Positions 19,331 through 31,013 of a DNA stretch of 64,000 nt are shown one piece after another. The stretch spans positions 393,977 to 457,976 of the forward strand of contig CBDBHE010000007.1 of the NCBI GenBank assembly GCA_965205605.1, in the 5' to 3' direction. The position numbers and the translations under genes were made by a program. Source of the stretch: Spirochaetota bacterium (GTDB taxonomy: Bacteria > Spirochaetota > UBA12135 > COTS27 > CBDBHE01). Position 1 is the stretch's first letter, and each line of letters opens with the position of its first letter. The notes beneath the pieces were generated by a model that saw only the letters and a program-made list of their open reading frames with translations, ran no database searches and was not told the origin of the DNA.

Positions 19331-20533
19331 TTATTCAATAACTTCCGTTACCACACCTGCTCCAACTGTTTTACCACCTTCTCGTATGGCAAACTTCACT
19401 CCTTTTTCAAGAGCGATCGTTGAAATCAATTCTGCTTCAACAGTCGTATTATCTCCTGGCATAATCATCTCAGCCCCATCTAAAAGCTTTAGATCGCCTG
19501 TAACATCGGTTGTTCTAAAATAAAACTGCGGCCTATACCCATTAAAAAAAGGAGTGTGTCTTCCCCCCTCTTCTTTTTTAAGAACATAAATCTCAGCTTT
19601 AAACTTTTTATGAGGAGTAATTGATTTTGGCTTACAAAGCACTTGCCCTCTTTGGACTTGCTCTCTTTCAATTCCTCTTAAAAGAAGACCCACGTTATCT
19701 CCTGCTTGAGCGTCGTCGAGCTCTTTTCGAAACATCTCAACGCCTGTAATGGTGGCTTCTTGAGTTTCTCTAATCCCAACAATTTCAATCTTATCACCCA
19801 CCTTTATTAATCCCTGTTCAATACGACCTGTCACCACCGTTCCTCTACCTGAAATACTAAACACATCTTCAACAGCTAAAAGAAAATCTTTATCAACTTC
19901 TCTTTTAGGAGTTGGAATAAAACCATCAACTTGATCTAAAAGATCTTTAATAATTTTAGCGTCATCTGTATCCATTTTTCCAGCATTAATATCTTCCAAT
20001 GCCTTAAGGGCCGATCCTTTAATAACAGGCACTTTATCCCCTGGGAATTTATAACTTGTTAAAAGCTCTCTTACTTCTATTTCAACCAACTCTAAAAGCT
20101 CTGGATCATCAACTTGATCAACTTTATTTAAAAAAACCACAATATGAGGAACATTAACTTGATTTGCAAGCAAGATATGCTCCCTTGTTTGAGCCATAGG
20201 ACCATCTGTTGCAGCAATGACCAAAATAGCTCCATCCATTTGAGCCGCCCCTGTTACCATGTTTTTTACATAATCAGCGTGCCCTGGACAGTCTACGTGA
20301 GCATAATGTCTTTTTTCTGTCATATATTCTACATGCGAAGTATTAATCGTAATCCCTCTTTCTTTTTCTTCTGGAGCATTATCAATATCATCATATTTTT
20401 TTTTCTCCCCAAGCCCTTTCGCAGCACTATAACTACAAATGGCGGCTGTCAACGTTGTTTTTCCATGATCGACATGTCCAATTGTCCCTACATTAACGTG
20501 TTCTTTATCACGAATAAATTTTTCTTTTGCCAT
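19331..20533 (-). CDS. tuf: Elongation factor Tu
   Basis: [26 protein letters not shown] GTPase motifs. 400 aa. Confidence 0.95.
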   Translation of the reverse strand: MAKEKFIRDKEHVNVGTIGHVDHGKTTLTAAICSYSAAKGLGEKKKYDDIDNAPEEKERGITINTSHVEYMTEKRHYAHVDCPGHADYVKNMVTGAAQMDGAILVIAATDGPMAQTREHILLANQVNVPHIVVFLNKVDQVDDPELLELVEIEVRELLTSYKFPGDKVPVIKGSALKALEDINAGKMDTDDAKIIKDLLDQVDGFIPTPKREVDKDFLLAVEDVFSISGRGTVVTGRIEQGLIKVGDKIEIVGIRETQEATITGVEMFRKELDDAQAGDNVGLLLRGIEREQVQRGQVLCKPKSITPHKKFKAEIYVLKKEEGGRHTPFFNGYRPQFYFRTTDVTGDLKLLDGAEMIMPGDNTTVEAELISTIALEKGVKFAIREGGKTVGAGVVTEVIE

Positions 20534-20565
20534 TTTTTTTCTATTCTCCTTTGTTTATATAAAAT

Positions 20566-22656
20566 TTAAGCACCTTTTGCTTTTTTAATAATTTCTTCAC
20601 TAATACTTTTGGGCACTTCTTCATAAGAATGAAATTCCATACTATAGGTTGCTCTTCCTTGAGTTTTAGACCTCAAAGCAGTCGAATAGCCAAACATTTG
20701 CGCCAAAGGCACTTCTGCTTTAATAATTTTACTCCCTGACACATCTTCCATGCCAAGTACTTTTCCTCTACGGCCATTCAAATCTCCGACAACATCACCC
20801 ATATAATTTTCAGGGCATTCTACCTCTACTTTAAAAATAGGCTCTAAAAGTACCGGACTGGCTTTAAGACAACCACTTTTAAAAGCCATTGAAGCCGCTA
20901 TTTTAAAAGCAATCTCACTCGAATCCACATCATGAAAAGACCCATCAACTAGATCCACCTTCAAATCAAGCACAGGATAGCCAGCTAAAACCCCTGCTTT
21001 CATTGCCTCTTCAATACCATCACGAATGGGAGTGATGTATTCTTTTGGAATTCTCCCACCCGTAATTTTACTATTAAAAACATATCCGTCTCCTTTTTCA
21101 CCTGGAGCAAAATGACAAACAACATGACCATACTGACCACGCCCACCTGTTTGCTTGATATACTTTGTTTCAATATTTTCAACCAATTTTCGAATGGCTT
21201 CTTTATAGGCCACTTGAGGCTCTCCTACATTTGCCCCTACTTTAAATTCTCTTAAAAGACGATCGACAATAATTTCCAAATGCAGCTCTCCCATTCCAGA
21301 AATTAACGTCTGGCCTGTCTCTAAATCTGTTTCCATTTTAAAAGTAGGGTCTTCTTCCATGAGCTTTCCAAGAGCAACCCCCATTTTTTCTTGATCAATT
21401 TTTGTTTTAGGCTCAATAGCCACTTTAATGACCGGCTCTGGAAAATTCATTTTCTCAAGCTCAATGGGGCTTGCTTCTTCACAAATCGTATCTCCTGTAA
21501 CGGCCTTAATCCCCACACAAGCAACAATATCCCCTGCATAAGCTTCGTCAATTTGCTCTCGACTATTGGCATGCATTCTGAGCAATCTTCCGACTCTTTC
21601 TTTTTTTTGAGTCGATGCATTAAAAATATAAGAACCCTTCTTAAGCACTCCTGAGTACACTCGAATAAAACTCAAACGCCCTACATAAGGATCTGTCATG
21701 ATTTTAAAAGAAAGCGCTGAAAATTTTTCATCATCAGAAGACTCTCTAATCACTTTCTTCCCTTCCCCACTGCCATTAAGAGAAAATCCCTCAATCGCCG
21801 GCACTTCCTTAGGAGAAGGCAAATAATTAATAATACAATCTAAGAGAAACTGAACCCCTTTATTTTTAAAAGCAGATCCCCCAAGAGCAGGAAAAATTTT
21901 AACATCAATGGTTGCTTTTCGAATCGCTCCTTTAATTTCTTCAAGACTAATTTCTTTGCCCTCTAAGTACTTTTCAGCGATAGCGTCATCAACGTCTGCT
22001 AAAGCTTCAATCATTTTTTCTCTATATTGTTTAGCTTTTTCAGAAAAATCACTGCGAATCTCTTTAATCTTAAAAGTTGACCCTTTATCTTGATCATCAT
22101 AAACGATTTCTTTCATCTCAACGAGATCAATGACTCCTTCTAAATTATCTTCACTTCCAATAGGAATACTAATAAGGATGACATTGGCCATAAGGCGATC
22201 TCGAATCGTATCAACTGCTTTATAAAAGTCAGCCCCCACACGGTCCATTTTATTAATAAAAATCATTCGAGGAACATTATAGCGCGTTGCTTGACGCCAA
22301 ACAGTTTCTGATTGAGGCTGAACACCTGCAACCCCGCAAAATACCCCTACCGCCGAATCTAAAACCCTAAGCGACCTTTCAACCTCTACTGTAAAATCAA
22401 CATGCCCTGGCGTATCAATAATTTGGACATTGTGATCTTTCCAAAAACAAGTCGTTGCCGCAGAAGTAATCGTAATCCCTCTTTCTCTCTCTTGCTCCAT
22501 CCAATCCATTTCTGCAGCCCCTTCATGAACCTCTCCGATTTTATGGGTTTTTCCTGTATAATATAAAATTCGCTCTGTAACGGTTGTTTTACCAGCATCA
22601 ATATGTGCCATGATTCCAATATTGCGATATTTTTCAATCGAAAATTCTCGAGCCAT
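20566..22656 (-). CDS. fusA: Elongation factor G
   Basis: [21 protein letters not shown]. 696 aa. Confidence 0.95.
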   Translation of the reverse strand: MAREFSIEKYRNIGIMAHIDAGKTTVTERILYYTGKTHKIGEVHEGAAEMDWMEQERERGITITSAATTCFWKDHNVQIIDTPGHVDFTVEVERSLRVLDSAVGVFCGVAGVQPQSETVWRQATRYNVPRMIFINKMDRVGADFYKAVDTIRDRLMANVILISIPIGSEDNLEGVIDLVEMKEIVYDDQDKGSTFKIKEIRSDFSEKAKQYREKMIEALADVDDAIAEKYLEGKEISLEEIKGAIRKATIDVKIFPALGGSAFKNKGVQFLLDCIINYLPSPKEVPAIEGFSLNGSGEGKKVIRESSDDEKFSALSFKIMTDPYVGRLSFIRVYSGVLKKGSYIFNASTQKKERVGRLLRMHANSREQIDEAYAGDIVACVGIKAVTGDTICEEASPIELEKMNFPEPVIKVAIEPKTKIDQEKMGVALGKLMEEDPTFKMETDLETGQTLISGMGELHLEIIVDRLLREFKVGANVGEPQVAYKEAIRKLVENIETKYIKQTGGRGQYGHVVCHFAPGEKGDGYVFNSKITGGRIPKEYITPIRDGIEEAMKAGVLAGYPVLDLKVDLVDGSFHDVDSSEIAFKIAASMAFKSGCLKASPVLLEPIFKVEVECPENYMGDVVGDLNGRRGKVLGMEDVSGSKIIKAEVPLAQMFGYSTALRSKTQGRATYSMEFHSYEEVPKSISEEIIKKAKGA

Positions 22657-22679
22657 TTTTTTTTAATCGATCAAAATCA

Positions 22680-23150
22680 TTACCAACGATAATGAGCAAA
22701 CGCTTTATTGGATTCTGCTGATTTAAAAATTTCTTCTTTTTTCTTAATAGAGTTTCCCGTATTATTATACGCATCCATAAACTCTGATGAAAGCTTAGCT
22801 ATCATTCCTCTCTCAGAACGCCCTCTAGAATAATTAACAAGCCAGCGTATGGCTAGGGTAATCTGACGAAACTCATTGACTTCCAAAGGAACCTGATAAA
22901 CCGCCCCTCCTACTCGTCTTGATTTAACCTCTACTTGAGGCTTAACATTGGTAATAGCTTGTTCAAACACTTCAATGTTTTTTTTCTTCATTTTTTGATT
23001 GACAGTATCAATGGCTTTATAGAAAATTTTCTCTGCTGTTCCTTTCTTGCCCCCTAGCATCAACCGATTGATAAAACGAGAAACTAAAACACTCCCATAA
23101 ATAAAATCTGGGTTAATAATTCTTTTTTTAGCAATCTTTTTTCTTGACAT
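22680..23150 (-). CDS. rpsG: 30S ribosomal protein S7
   Basis: MSRKKIAKKRIINPDFIYGSVLVSRFINRLMLGGKKGTAEKI. Confidence 0.92.
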   Translation of the reverse strand: MSRKKIAKKRIINPDFIYGSVLVSRFINRLMLGGKKGTAEKIFYKAIDTVNQKMKKKNIEVFEQAITNVKPQVEVKSRRVGGAVYQVPLEVNEFRQITLAIRWLVNYSRGRSERGMIAKLSSEFMDAYNNTGNSIKKKEEIFKSAESNKAFAHYRW

Positions 23151-23171
23151 GATTTAATTCATTTTTTTTAA

Positions 23172-23546
23172 TTATTTTTTAGACATCTTCGCCCCATATT
23201 TGGAACGTCCTTTTTTACGATCAACAACTCCTAAAGTATCTAAAGCCCCTCTTACAATATGATAACGCACCCCCGGAAGATCTTTCACCCTTCCCCCTCT
23301 AACAAGCACCATCGAGTGCTCTTGAAGATTGTGTCCAACCCCTGGAATATAAGCTGTCACTTCCATACCATTAGAAAGCTTTACCCTAGCCACTTTGCGC
23401 ATTGCTGAATTAGGTTTCTTGGGATTTAAAGTCATCACGCGTGTACAAACCCCTCTTTTTTGAGGACATTTCTTAAGCGCTCTAGACTTTGTGGGTTTTT
23501 TTATTTTTTTTCTTCCCTTTCTAATTAATTGTGAGATCGTGGGCAT
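23172..23546 (-). CDS. rpsL: 30S ribosomal protein S12 (start placed at MPTISQL, 3 codons inside the track ORF)
   Basis: [14 protein letters not shown]...[19 protein letters not shown]...[29 protein letters not shown]. Confidence 0.93.
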   Translation of the reverse strand: MPTISQLIRKGRKKIKKPTKSRALKKCPQKRGVCTRVMTLNPKKPNSAMRKVARVKLSNGMEVTAYIPGVGHNLQEHSMVLVRGGRVKDLPGVRYHIVRGALDTLGVVDRKKGRSKYGAKMSKK

Positions 23547-23646
23547 AAATTTCATTGAAACCTTATTTAAAATTAGCGATTATGATACATTACATTAAGT
23601 AAAATGTCAATATGAAAAATAAAAGTAATGTTTCTACTTTTTTAGA

Positions 23647-24486
23647 ATGATTTTTATTGTTTATAACCTTAAAAAAAACCCTGAAAAATTTATTGAACAT
23701 TTAACAAAAAAACTCCTTTCTTTAAAAGAAAAAGTCTACACCACAAAATCCTACCCTCTAAATAAACAAGATATTAAAAATCTTAAAAAATCAAAACTCA
23801 TTATTACTTTAGGAGGAGATGGAACGGTTTTATCATTATTTCCTTTTATTATAAAAGCTACCCTCACTCATATCCCCATTGTACCGGTTCATTTTGGAAC
23901 TCTAGGGTTTATTTGTTCCGTTGATCCTAAAAGTGCCGAAAAAATCGTTCTTGATTATTTAAACCCAAAAAAAATCGTTTCTTACAAAGAAAACAAAAAA
24001 AGTTTTTTAAAAATAACTTATAAAAATAAATATTTTTATAGCTTAAACGAAGCCTATCTTTCCAAAGGCGATCTTGGAAAAGCCATTGAAATCGAAGCAA
24101 ATATTGGAAAAACAATTATTGCTAATTTTAGATCGGATGGTGTCATTATTGCAAGCCCTATTGGATCGACTGCTTATAATCTAGCAGCCGGTGGGCCTAT
24201 TGTTGCTTCTGACTTGAAAGCAATCATTTTCAACCCTGTTTGCCCACATTCATTAACTGCAAAGCCAATCGTAATTTCTGGAAAAGAAATCATTACCATC
24301 AAAGCAAAGTCTAACAATTCAAAAATACTCCCCAAGCTCATTTTAGATGGGAAAATTCACAGAAATATCGATTCTAAAGCACCCATTACTTGTCAATTGG
24401 ACAAAAGAGAAATTATCTTTTTAAGGCCTAAAAAACAAGATTATTACCATCTTTTAAAAACAAAGCTTTCTTGGTTAAAAAACTAA
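23647..24486 (+). CDS. nadK: NAD+ kinase
   Basis: GGDGTVL...NEAYL..., DGVIIASPIGSTAYNLAAGGPIV. Confidence 0.85.
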   Translation: MIFIVYNLKKNPEKFIEHLTKKLLSLKEKVYTTKSYPLNKQDIKNLKKSKLIITLGGDGTVLSLFPFIIKATLTHIPIVPVHFGTLGFICSVDPKSAEKIVLDYLNPKKIVSYKENKKSFLKITYKNKYFYSLNEAYLSKGDLGKAIEIEANIGKTIIANFRSDGVIIASPIGSTAYNLAAGGPIVASDLKAIIFNPVCPHSLTAKPIVISGKEIITIKAKSNNSKILPKLILDGKIHRNIDSKAPITCQLDKREIIFLRPKKQDYYHLLKTKLSWLKN

Positions 24487-24541
24487 ATTTTTTTTTATCT
24501 CTTATTTTTATTTTTGATGACTCTCATTAAAAAAATGTCTT

Positions 24542-25498
24542 TTAAAGAGGGGTTGAAATTAAATGAGCGATGATTTGATCAGCTGAAACTTGATCAAGCT
24601 GTGAATTATAATTTAGTAAAAGACGATGACGCAAAATAGGGTAAAGGACTTTTGCTAAGTGATGTTTCTCAACAGATTGTTTATTTTCTAAAAAAGTACT
24701 GACTTTAGCGGCTTTAATCGCAAACTTGCAAGCTCTAGGAGAGGCCCCTAGCCTTACATAATCTTTGATCATTTTTTCTGTTGTTTCTAAAGGGCGGGTC
24801 TTTCGAATCACTTTTACCAACCATTCAATCACTTCAGGAGCTATTTGTATTTGTTGAGTCGTTTTTTTAAGCTTGTTGAGCTCTGATAAAGACACAACAG
24901 GTTTAACTTCTTTAAGTATTTCTTCTGAATGAAGACAAGCAATTTTTGTTTCATCTTTTAAAGAAGGGTAGGTAACTTGTAGCATAAACATAAATCGATC
25001 CAATTGAGCTTCTGGTAAAACATAAGTGCCTTCTTGTTCAAAAGGATTTTGAGTAGCGAGGACCATAAAAGGAGTTTGAAGAGGGTATTTATGACCACTG
25101 AGGGTCACTTCTTTTTCTTCCATCGCCTGCAACAAAGCAGACTGTGTTTTAGCAGGGGAACGATTAATTTCATCGGCTAAAAGAATTTGAGAAAAAATAG
25201 GGCCTTCAACAAATCGAAAATTTTTTTTAGCTCCTTTTTCTTCAAATACATCATACCCGACAATATCAGAAGGCATTAAATCAGGGGTAAATTGAATCCG
25301 ATTAAAAGAAAGATCAAAAGCTTTTGCAAGTGATTTGATTAAAAGAGTTTTTGCTAGCCCCGGGACCCCATTAAGTAATAGATGCCCTTCGGATAAAAAA
25401 CCAACGAGCATTTGTTCGATGAGGTCTTTTTGACCAACAATGGTTTTTTCTAATTCTTTTTGAACAGCGAAAAGAAATGAAGAGTTGGTTTTAGGCAT
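24542..25498 (-). CDS. MoxR-family AAA+ ATPase
   Basis: GVPGLAKTLLIKSLAKAF (Walker A), LLADEINRSPAKTQSALLQAMEE (Walker B / sensor), typical MoxR length. Confidence 0.85.
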   Translation of the reverse strand: MPKTNSSFLFAVQKELEKTIVGQKDLIEQMLVGFLSEGHLLLNGVPGLAKTLLIKSLAKAFDLSFNRIQFTPDLMPSDIVGYDVFEEKGAKKNFRFVEGPIFSQILLADEINRSPAKTQSALLQAMEEKEVTLSGHKYPLQTPFMVLATQNPFEQEGTYVLPEAQLDRFMFMLQVTYPSLKDETKIACLHSEEILKEVKPVVSLSELNKLKKTTQQIQIAPEVIEWLVKVIRKTRPLETTEKMIKDYVRLGASPRACKFAIKAAKVSTFLENKQSVEKHHLAKVLYPILRHRLLLNYNSQLDQVSADQIIAHLISTPL

Positions 25499-25510
25499 AA
25501 AGAAAAAAAA

Positions 25511-26572
25511 TTATAAAAGCTCTGGGTTGGTTTTAGAAATTTGTTTTAAAATTAACTTGATATCCCCTTCTTTTTTTTTATGAGAGATGTATAAAATATT
25601 ATCTTCAAAAATAATATTTAAATCTTTCACCCCATTTAAAACAACCGAAGTTTTTTTGGTATGATCGACTTGACAAGTAACCTGCTTGCAATCAAAGTCA
25701 AAAACTTTTTTGGAAAACAAATTGCCATTTATGTCAGTTTTTTTAAGGCGAGAGAGAGCATTCCAAGACCCCACGTCATCCCAAATAAAATCTGCTTTAA
25801 GACAATAAATCTCTTTTGTTTTTTCAGCAATAGCATAGTCAAAAGAAATTTTTTCAAGCGTTTTAAATAAAGAAAGCGCTTTTTTAACATCCCTATCTCG
25901 TAAACGCACAAACTCCAAAAGTGTATCAAAATGCGTCTTGGCATAACGCCTAAAAAGTTCAAAGCAAAGATCTTTTCGAATAAAAAACATCCCTGCATTC
26001 CAAAAATAATGATTTGTTTTAAGATAAGCTTTAGCTTGATCAACATTTGGTTTTTCAATAAAAGAACCTACTGTAAAAAGATTTGTTTCAATCTGATCTT
26101 GTAGTTGGATATAACCAAATCCATCTGAAGGATAGTTTGGCTTGATACCAAGTAAAACAAGTGCTTTTTTTTGAGAACAAATTTGCATGCCTTTTTTAAT
26201 ATTTTCATAATAAAGATTTTTATTGGCAATAAAGTGATCGGCTGGAATAAAAAACAAAACATCTTCATCACTGGCATTGATACAAAGAGCTGACAAGCCA
26301 ATAGCACAAGCGGTATCTTTTGGCATGGGCTCGGTAATAATATTTTTTGCTGGAAAATCTTTTAAAAGTTCACTGGCTTTATTTTTAAACGCCTCTGCGG
26401 TACTAATATAAATATCTTGCTTATCACAAAAAGGCAAAAGCCGTAAAACCGTTTCTTCCAACATGGTTTTTTCACTAATAATAGGAGTAAATTGTTTAGG
26501 TGACTGCCGCCTACTTTTTGGCCAAAAGCGTTCGCCAAATCCTCCCGCCATAATAATAATTTTAAGTTTCAT
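25511..26572 (-). CDS. Mannose-1-phosphate guanylyltransferase-like nucleotidyltransferase
   Basis: N-terminal MAGGFGERFWPKSRRQSPKQF sugar-nucleotidyltransferase signature. 353 aa, no cupin tail. Confidence 0.7.
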   Translation of the reverse strand: MKLKIIIMAGGFGERFWPKSRRQSPKQFTPIISEKTMLEETVLRLLPFCDKQDIYISTAEAFKNKASELLKDFPAKNIITEPMPKDTACAIGLSALCINASDEDVLFFIPADHFIANKNLYYENIKKGMQICSQKKALVLLGIKPNYPSDGFGYIQLQDQIETNLFTVGSFIEKPNVDQAKAYLKTNHYFWNAGMFFIRKDLCFELFRRYAKTHFDTLLEFVRLRDRDVKKALSLFKTLEKISFDYAIAEKTKEIYCLKADFIWDDVGSWNALSRLKKTDINGNLFSKKVFDFDCKQVTCQVDHTKKTSVVLNGVKDLNIIFEDNILYISHKKKEGDIKLILKQISKTNPELL

Positions 26573-27566
26573 AAAAAAATTCCAACAAATGATTTATTTT
26601 TTTTAAATCATAATCTTCTAATCTTACTTTAAGATCAAAATAATTTTGAGTTTTTTTTTCTAAAGACATTTTTGGCATTTGTTTTAACCATTCATCTTCT
26701 TTGTTTTTAAAAAATGCTTCCTTTATTTCTGTTAAAAAAATCCCCTTTTCCATCGCCTTTAGCCAAGTAAATTGTTTTTTAGCAAAATGACGTGTTTTCT
26801 TTTTAATCTCTTGAATACAATCTTGCAAAGAAATTTTTTTTTCCAAAAACAAAGCCACTTGTTTATACCCAATCATCGTAAACAGCTTGTTTTGATAGGC
26901 TTTATTTTTGACCAAAACCTTGACTTCTTCAACAAATCCATTTTCAAACATTTGATCGATCCTTTTTTCAATCATATGATAAAGAGGTTTTCTTAAGGGA
27001 GCTAAAACCAAAACCAAACAGTTTAAAGAAGGCTTTTGTCTTTTTGTGCGCAAACTTGTAAAGCTTTTCCCTGTCAAGCGAATGACTTCGATGGCACGTA
27101 AGATTCGTACAGGGTTGTTTTGATCTACTTGAGCGTAATAAGAGTAATCTTTTTCTTTAAGTTCTTGTAAAAAAGGCCTCAGTCCTTTCTCTTGATATTC
27201 TTTTTTAAGAATGGTTTTTAGTTCAATTGCAAAAGACGTGCTGAGAAGAGGCAAGCCACCTAAAAGACTTTGGGTATAAAGAGAAGGCCCACCGATAATG
27301 AAGACCCTTCTAACAGCTTTATGGTAGTGAGTAGACAAAGCAAGGGTTTGTTTTAAAAAATCGAAAGCAGAGAAAGATTTTGATAAATCTAAGAAATCGG
27401 TAAGGTGATAAGCATAAGATTTAATTTCTCTAAGAGTTGGTTTTGCTGTACCAATATTGGCATGTTGATACATTTGCCTAGTATCTGCATTAATAATAAC
27501 ATCAGGAAAACGATAAAGAGAGTGCAGTAAATGTGTTTTACCAGAAGCCGTTGGGCCTAGGAGCAA
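26562..27566 (-). CDS. miaA: tRNA dimethylallyltransferase; the track ORF starts at TTG and the true start may lie a few codons upstream (the upstream in-frame residues ..ITPKIVLL look like native MiaA N-terminus)
   Basis: GPTASGKT P-loop, ADTRQMY, 11-nt overlap with downstream gene. Confidence 0.8.
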   Translation of the reverse strand: MLLGPTASGKTHLLHSLYRFPDVIINADTRQMYQHANIGTAKPTLREIKSYAYHLTDFLDLSKSFSAFDFLKQTLALSTHYHKAVRRVFIIGGPSLYTQSLLGGLPLLSTSFAIELKTILKKEYQEKGLRPFLQELKEKDYSYYAQVDQNNPVRILRAIEVIRLTGKSFTSLRTKRQKPSLNCLVLVLAPLRKPLYHMIEKRIDQMFENGFVEEVKVLVKNKAYQNKLFTMIGYKQVALFLEKKISLQDCIQEIKKKTRHFAKKQFTWLKAMEKGIFLTEIKEAFFKNKEDEWLKQMPKMSLEKKTQNYFDLKVRLEDYDLKKINHLLEFFYET

Positions 27567-27635
27567 AACAATCTTAGGGGTAATCGTTGCTTTTTCTTTA
27601 ATACTAAAAAATCTTATTTAAAAATGGTAAGTCAC

Positions 27636-27929
27636 TTAAGAAGGTTGTCGCTTATTTATTGCTCCCTCTTGATCTAAACCAACAGAAGGTTTATCTTCAG
27701 CAGCAAATAGATCATCATCTTCTTCAGCAAAAAGCTCGCTTTCATGTAAGAGATACTTGACATCTTCATCTAAAACGTGTTTAAGCGAAACTAAAGCATC
27801 TTTTCTTTCCAATTTTTGATATTCATCGGGCTCTAAAAAACGAACCTTTTTTGCATAACCAATACAAGCTTTGGCCAGTAGATATCGATTACCTTTATAA
27901 TTAATAAGTTTTTCTAAAGAAAAATGCAT
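27636..27929 (-). CDS. rpoZ: DNA-directed RNA polymerase omega subunit
   Basis: KGNRYLLAKACIGYAKKV resembles the omega-subunit motif IGNRF.LV.VAARRARQ. Canonical gmk-rpoZ adjacency. Acidic C-terminal tail. Confidence 0.65.
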   Translation of the reverse strand: MHFSLEKLINYKGNRYLLAKACIGYAKKVRFLEPDEYQKLERKDALVSLKHVLDEDVKYLLHESELFAEEDDDLFAAEDKPSVGLDQEGAINKRQPS

Positions 27930-27957
27930 GGGGGATCTCCTATTTATATTTTTTTAA

Positions 27958-28551
27958 TTAAAAATGATTTTTTACCAATTTTTCCAAAGATTTCAAGGCT
28001 TTTAAAAGATTAGTGTCATTCATTATAACATGCGGCCATTTAGAAAAAAAATTTAACTCTTTCTTGGCGATTTCAAGTCTTTTTTCAATGATTTTTAAAT
28101 CTTGATCTCCTCTTGCCAAAAGCCTTTTTTTTAAAACCTTTGGGTTTTTGACTCGAATAAAAACAAAAAGACCTTTAATCTTTTTTTGTAAATAAAGTCC
28201 CCCTTGAACATCAATATCTAAAATAATTTTTTTTCCTTTAGCCGTTTTATCTTCTATTTCCTTAATGGAAGTCCCGTAATAATGCTGATAAACTTTTGCC
28301 CATTCTAAAAAAAAATTAGCTTTAATCTTTTTTTCAAAAAATTCATTATTAACGAAGAAATAGTCTTTCCCTTCTTTTTCCTTGTCTCTAGGATTACGAG
28401 TTGTATGGGAGACACTAAAAGCAAAAGAAGGGTTTCTTTGTAAAAAAAGATTAATAAGGCTTGTTTTTCCCGAACCAGAGGGGGCTGTAATTACAAGTAA
28501 TTTTTTATCATAATCTAACAAAATAAAAAAAACTCTCTTATAAAATAGCAC
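27958..28551 (-). CDS. gmk: Guanylate kinase
   Basis: APSGSGKTSL P-loop, SVSHTTRNPRDKEKEGKDYFFV. Confidence 0.88.
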   Translation of the reverse strand: MLFYKRVFFILLDYDKKLLVITAPSGSGKTSLINLFLQRNPSFAFSVSHTTRNPRDKEKEGKDYFFVNNEFFEKKIKANFFLEWAKVYQHYYGTSIKEIEDKTAKGKKIILDIDVQGGLYLQKKIKGLFVFIRVKNPKVLKKRLLARGDQDLKIIEKRLEIAKKELNFFSKWPHVIMNDTNLLKALKSLEKLVKNHF

Positions 28552-28554
28552 TCA

Positions 28555-29451
28555 TTATAGTTGAGATTTAATTTTTGAATGATAAAACAGCATAAATCCA
28601 CAAGCGACATAAATAGAGGAATAGGTCCCTATAATCAAACCTATGATTAAAGAAAAAGCAAAATTTTTAAGTGAACCTTGCGTAAATAAATACATTGTAA
28701 AAACAACCACTAAAGTAGTAAGAGAGGTAATTAAAGTCCTAATAAAAATACTATTAACAGATTGATTAACGACTTCTTTGTAATTGACCGCTTCTTTTTG
28801 TCGAATTTTTTCTCGAACACGATCAAATAAAACAATCGTGTCATTAACCGAATAACCAAAAATAGTTAAAATCGATGTAATGGTTAAAACATTCACTTCA
28901 AATTGGCTAAAAGAAATTACCCCCAACATAATAAAAACATCATGAAAAACAGCAATAATGGCAGCAAGACTATACTGCCATTTAAAACGAAAGGTAATAT
29001 AAAAAACAATGGCAATGATCGCAAACACAATAATTTTAATAGCATTATCACGATTTTCACGACTAATGACCCCTCCAACGACTCGGCTTCGTTCAAAAGA
29101 AAAAGAATTGCCATTCTTTGAAAAATTTTGTAGATTTTCTTTAAGTAAAGCTTCTATTTCAAGGCCTGTTTTTTGATTAGAAATTGGGATTCGAAAAATA
29201 AAACGATTTTTTTTAGTTAAAATAGACTCGATATCAACTTGTAGTTTTTGGGTTTTAAAAAAAACAAAAAGGTCTTGGGTCGTTGTTTGTTTTGAAAATT
29301 GTGCGGTTACTTCTACCCCTCCGGTAAAATCTGTGCCATATTTAAATTGTTTTCCAAAAAAAATAGTATACAAACTTAAAATAACAGCCAAAAAGGAAAA
29401 GAGGTAAAAAATCTTGGCGTATTTAAAAAAATCAAAAAAAGGCTTTATCAT
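28555..29451 (-). CDS. secF: Protein-export membrane protein SecF
   Basis: 6-TM SecF topology. Follows secD. Confidence 0.85.
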   Translation of the reverse strand: MIKPFFDFFKYAKIFYLFSFLAVILSLYTIFFGKQFKYGTDFTGGVEVTAQFSKQTTTQDLFVFFKTQKLQVDIESILTKKNRFIFRIPISNQKTGLEIEALLKENLQNFSKNGNSFSFERSRVVGGVISRENRDNAIKIIVFAIIAIVFYITFRFKWQYSLAAIIAVFHDVFIMLGVISFSQFEVNVLTITSILTIFGYSVNDTIVLFDRVREKIRQKEAVNYKEVVNQSVNSIFIRTLITSLTTLVVVFTMYLFTQGSLKNFAFSLIIGLIIGTYSSIYVACGFMLFYHSKIKSQL

Positions 29452-29478
29452 GGTTTCATCATTAATCGATCGTGTTTA

Positions 29479-30987
29479 TTAAATCCAAATTCGTTTAAAT
29501 TTGATGCTTGTATTAAAATAAAAACAAACATCAAAAACAAAACGCGTTAAAAAAAGTGCTGTGAACATACTAACAATTACCCCAATAAAAAGAGTCGTCG
29601 CAAATCCTTTAATCACTCCTTCTCCATAACTAGAAAGTACAAATGCAGCAATTAAAGTGGTGATATTAGCATCAAAAATAGACCAAAAAGCTTTTTGATA
29701 CCCTTTGATATAGGCTTGACTAAAGTCTTCTTTATTGTGAAAAAACTCTTCTCGAATGCGCTCAAAAATAAGCACATTAGCATCGATGGCAATACCAATC
29801 GTTAAAAGTAATCCCGCAATACCGGATAAGGAAAGACTTAATTGAAAAGGAGCCAAAAGGGCTAAAACAACCATTCCATTTAAAATTAAAGCTAAAGAAG
29901 CAATCAAGCCAGAAAGCCGGTAACGGAAAATCATAAAAATAAAAATAGCAATAATACCAAAAAACATGGCTTTTAAACTTTTAAGTAAAGATTCTTGACC
30001 AAGTTTAGGGCCGATGACTTCTTTAGAAACAATACTCAGTTTACCAGGGAGAGATCCCGACTTTAAAATCAGTGCTAAATCCGTTGCTTCTTGGGCATTA
30101 AAGCCTCCATCGATTTGACCTTGACCAAAAATACGACCTCCTATTTTTGGCATCGAATACACTTTCTTGCGATCCAAAACAATTGCCAAACGCTTGCCCA
30201 CATTATTGCCTGTCACTTCTGAAAAAATATTAGCCCCTTTTGCATCCAACTCAAAACTAACAACGATTTCTCCATATTGATCATAATTCATCGATGCATT
30301 AACAATCCGATTGGCATTAAGCTCTGCTTTTTTTTGTAGTAAAACCGGACTAACAGGCACTCGTTTCCCAAGGGCATCTTTTTCATAAAGAAAAGCAACA
30401 TCATAATCTTTTTCCAACGTTTTTTGATTTAAAACCTTCTTTTGTTTTTCATCATAATTTAAAAGATCAAACCCCTCTTCAGCCACAAATTTAAATTCTA
30501 AATTTCCGGTTGTTTGGAGAATATTTTCAATTCTTTCAGAATTAGTTTCTCCTGGTATTTGAATAATAATTTTATCAAAACCGACTTTTCTTAAAACAAC
30601 ATCCGAAACACCAAATTGATCAATTCGATTTTGAATAATAAAAACAATCCGACTAAGAGCTTCTTTTTTTTCCTCATCGCTTAAATCATCAACTGCTTTT
30701 GATCGTTTTTTTGCCATATCAGAAAAATCAATTTGCATCACAATATAAATCCCTCCTTTAATATCAAGACCAAAACCAATGATACGTTCTTTAAGAGGAT
30801 CTAAAGTCTTGGCTTCTTGAAGAGCTTTTAGATTAAAATTAAACGCTTCTCTTTGCTCTAGAGGAATTTCTGTAATTTTTCTAGCTTCCTCAGAAGCAAC
30901 AAGATAATAGCGAATCGATGGGTAAAGACAATAAAAAATAATAGAAAAAATTCCTAAAATAACAAAAAAACGAAAACTTTTAGACAT
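29479..30987 (-). CDS. secD: Protein-export membrane protein SecD
   Basis: Large periplasmic loop between TM1 and TM2. SecD/SecF C-terminal TM bundle. Confidence 0.85.
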   Translation of the reverse strand: MSKSFRFFVILGIFSIIFYCLYPSIRYYLVASEEARKITEIPLEQREAFNFNLKALQEAKTLDPLKERIIGFGLDIKGGIYIVMQIDFSDMAKKRSKAVDDLSDEEKKEALSRIVFIIQNRIDQFGVSDVVLRKVGFDKIIIQIPGETNSERIENILQTTGNLEFKFVAEEGFDLLNYDEKQKKVLNQKTLEKDYDVAFLYEKDALGKRVPVSPVLLQKKAELNANRIVNASMNYDQYGEIVVSFELDAKGANIFSEVTGNNVGKRLAIVLDRKKVYSMPKIGGRIFGQGQIDGGFNAQEATDLALILKSGSLPGKLSIVSKEVIGPKLGQESLLKSLKAMFFGIIAIFIFMIFRYRLSGLIASLALILNGMVVLALLAPFQLSLSLSGIAGLLLTIGIAIDANVLIFERIREEFFHNKEDFSQAYIKGYQKAFWSIFDANITTLIAAFVLSSYGEGVIKGFATTLFIGVIVSMFTALFLTRFVFDVCFYFNTSIKFKRIWI

Positions 30988-31013
30988 GGAGAACTCTCTC
31001 CTTTAATTCAACT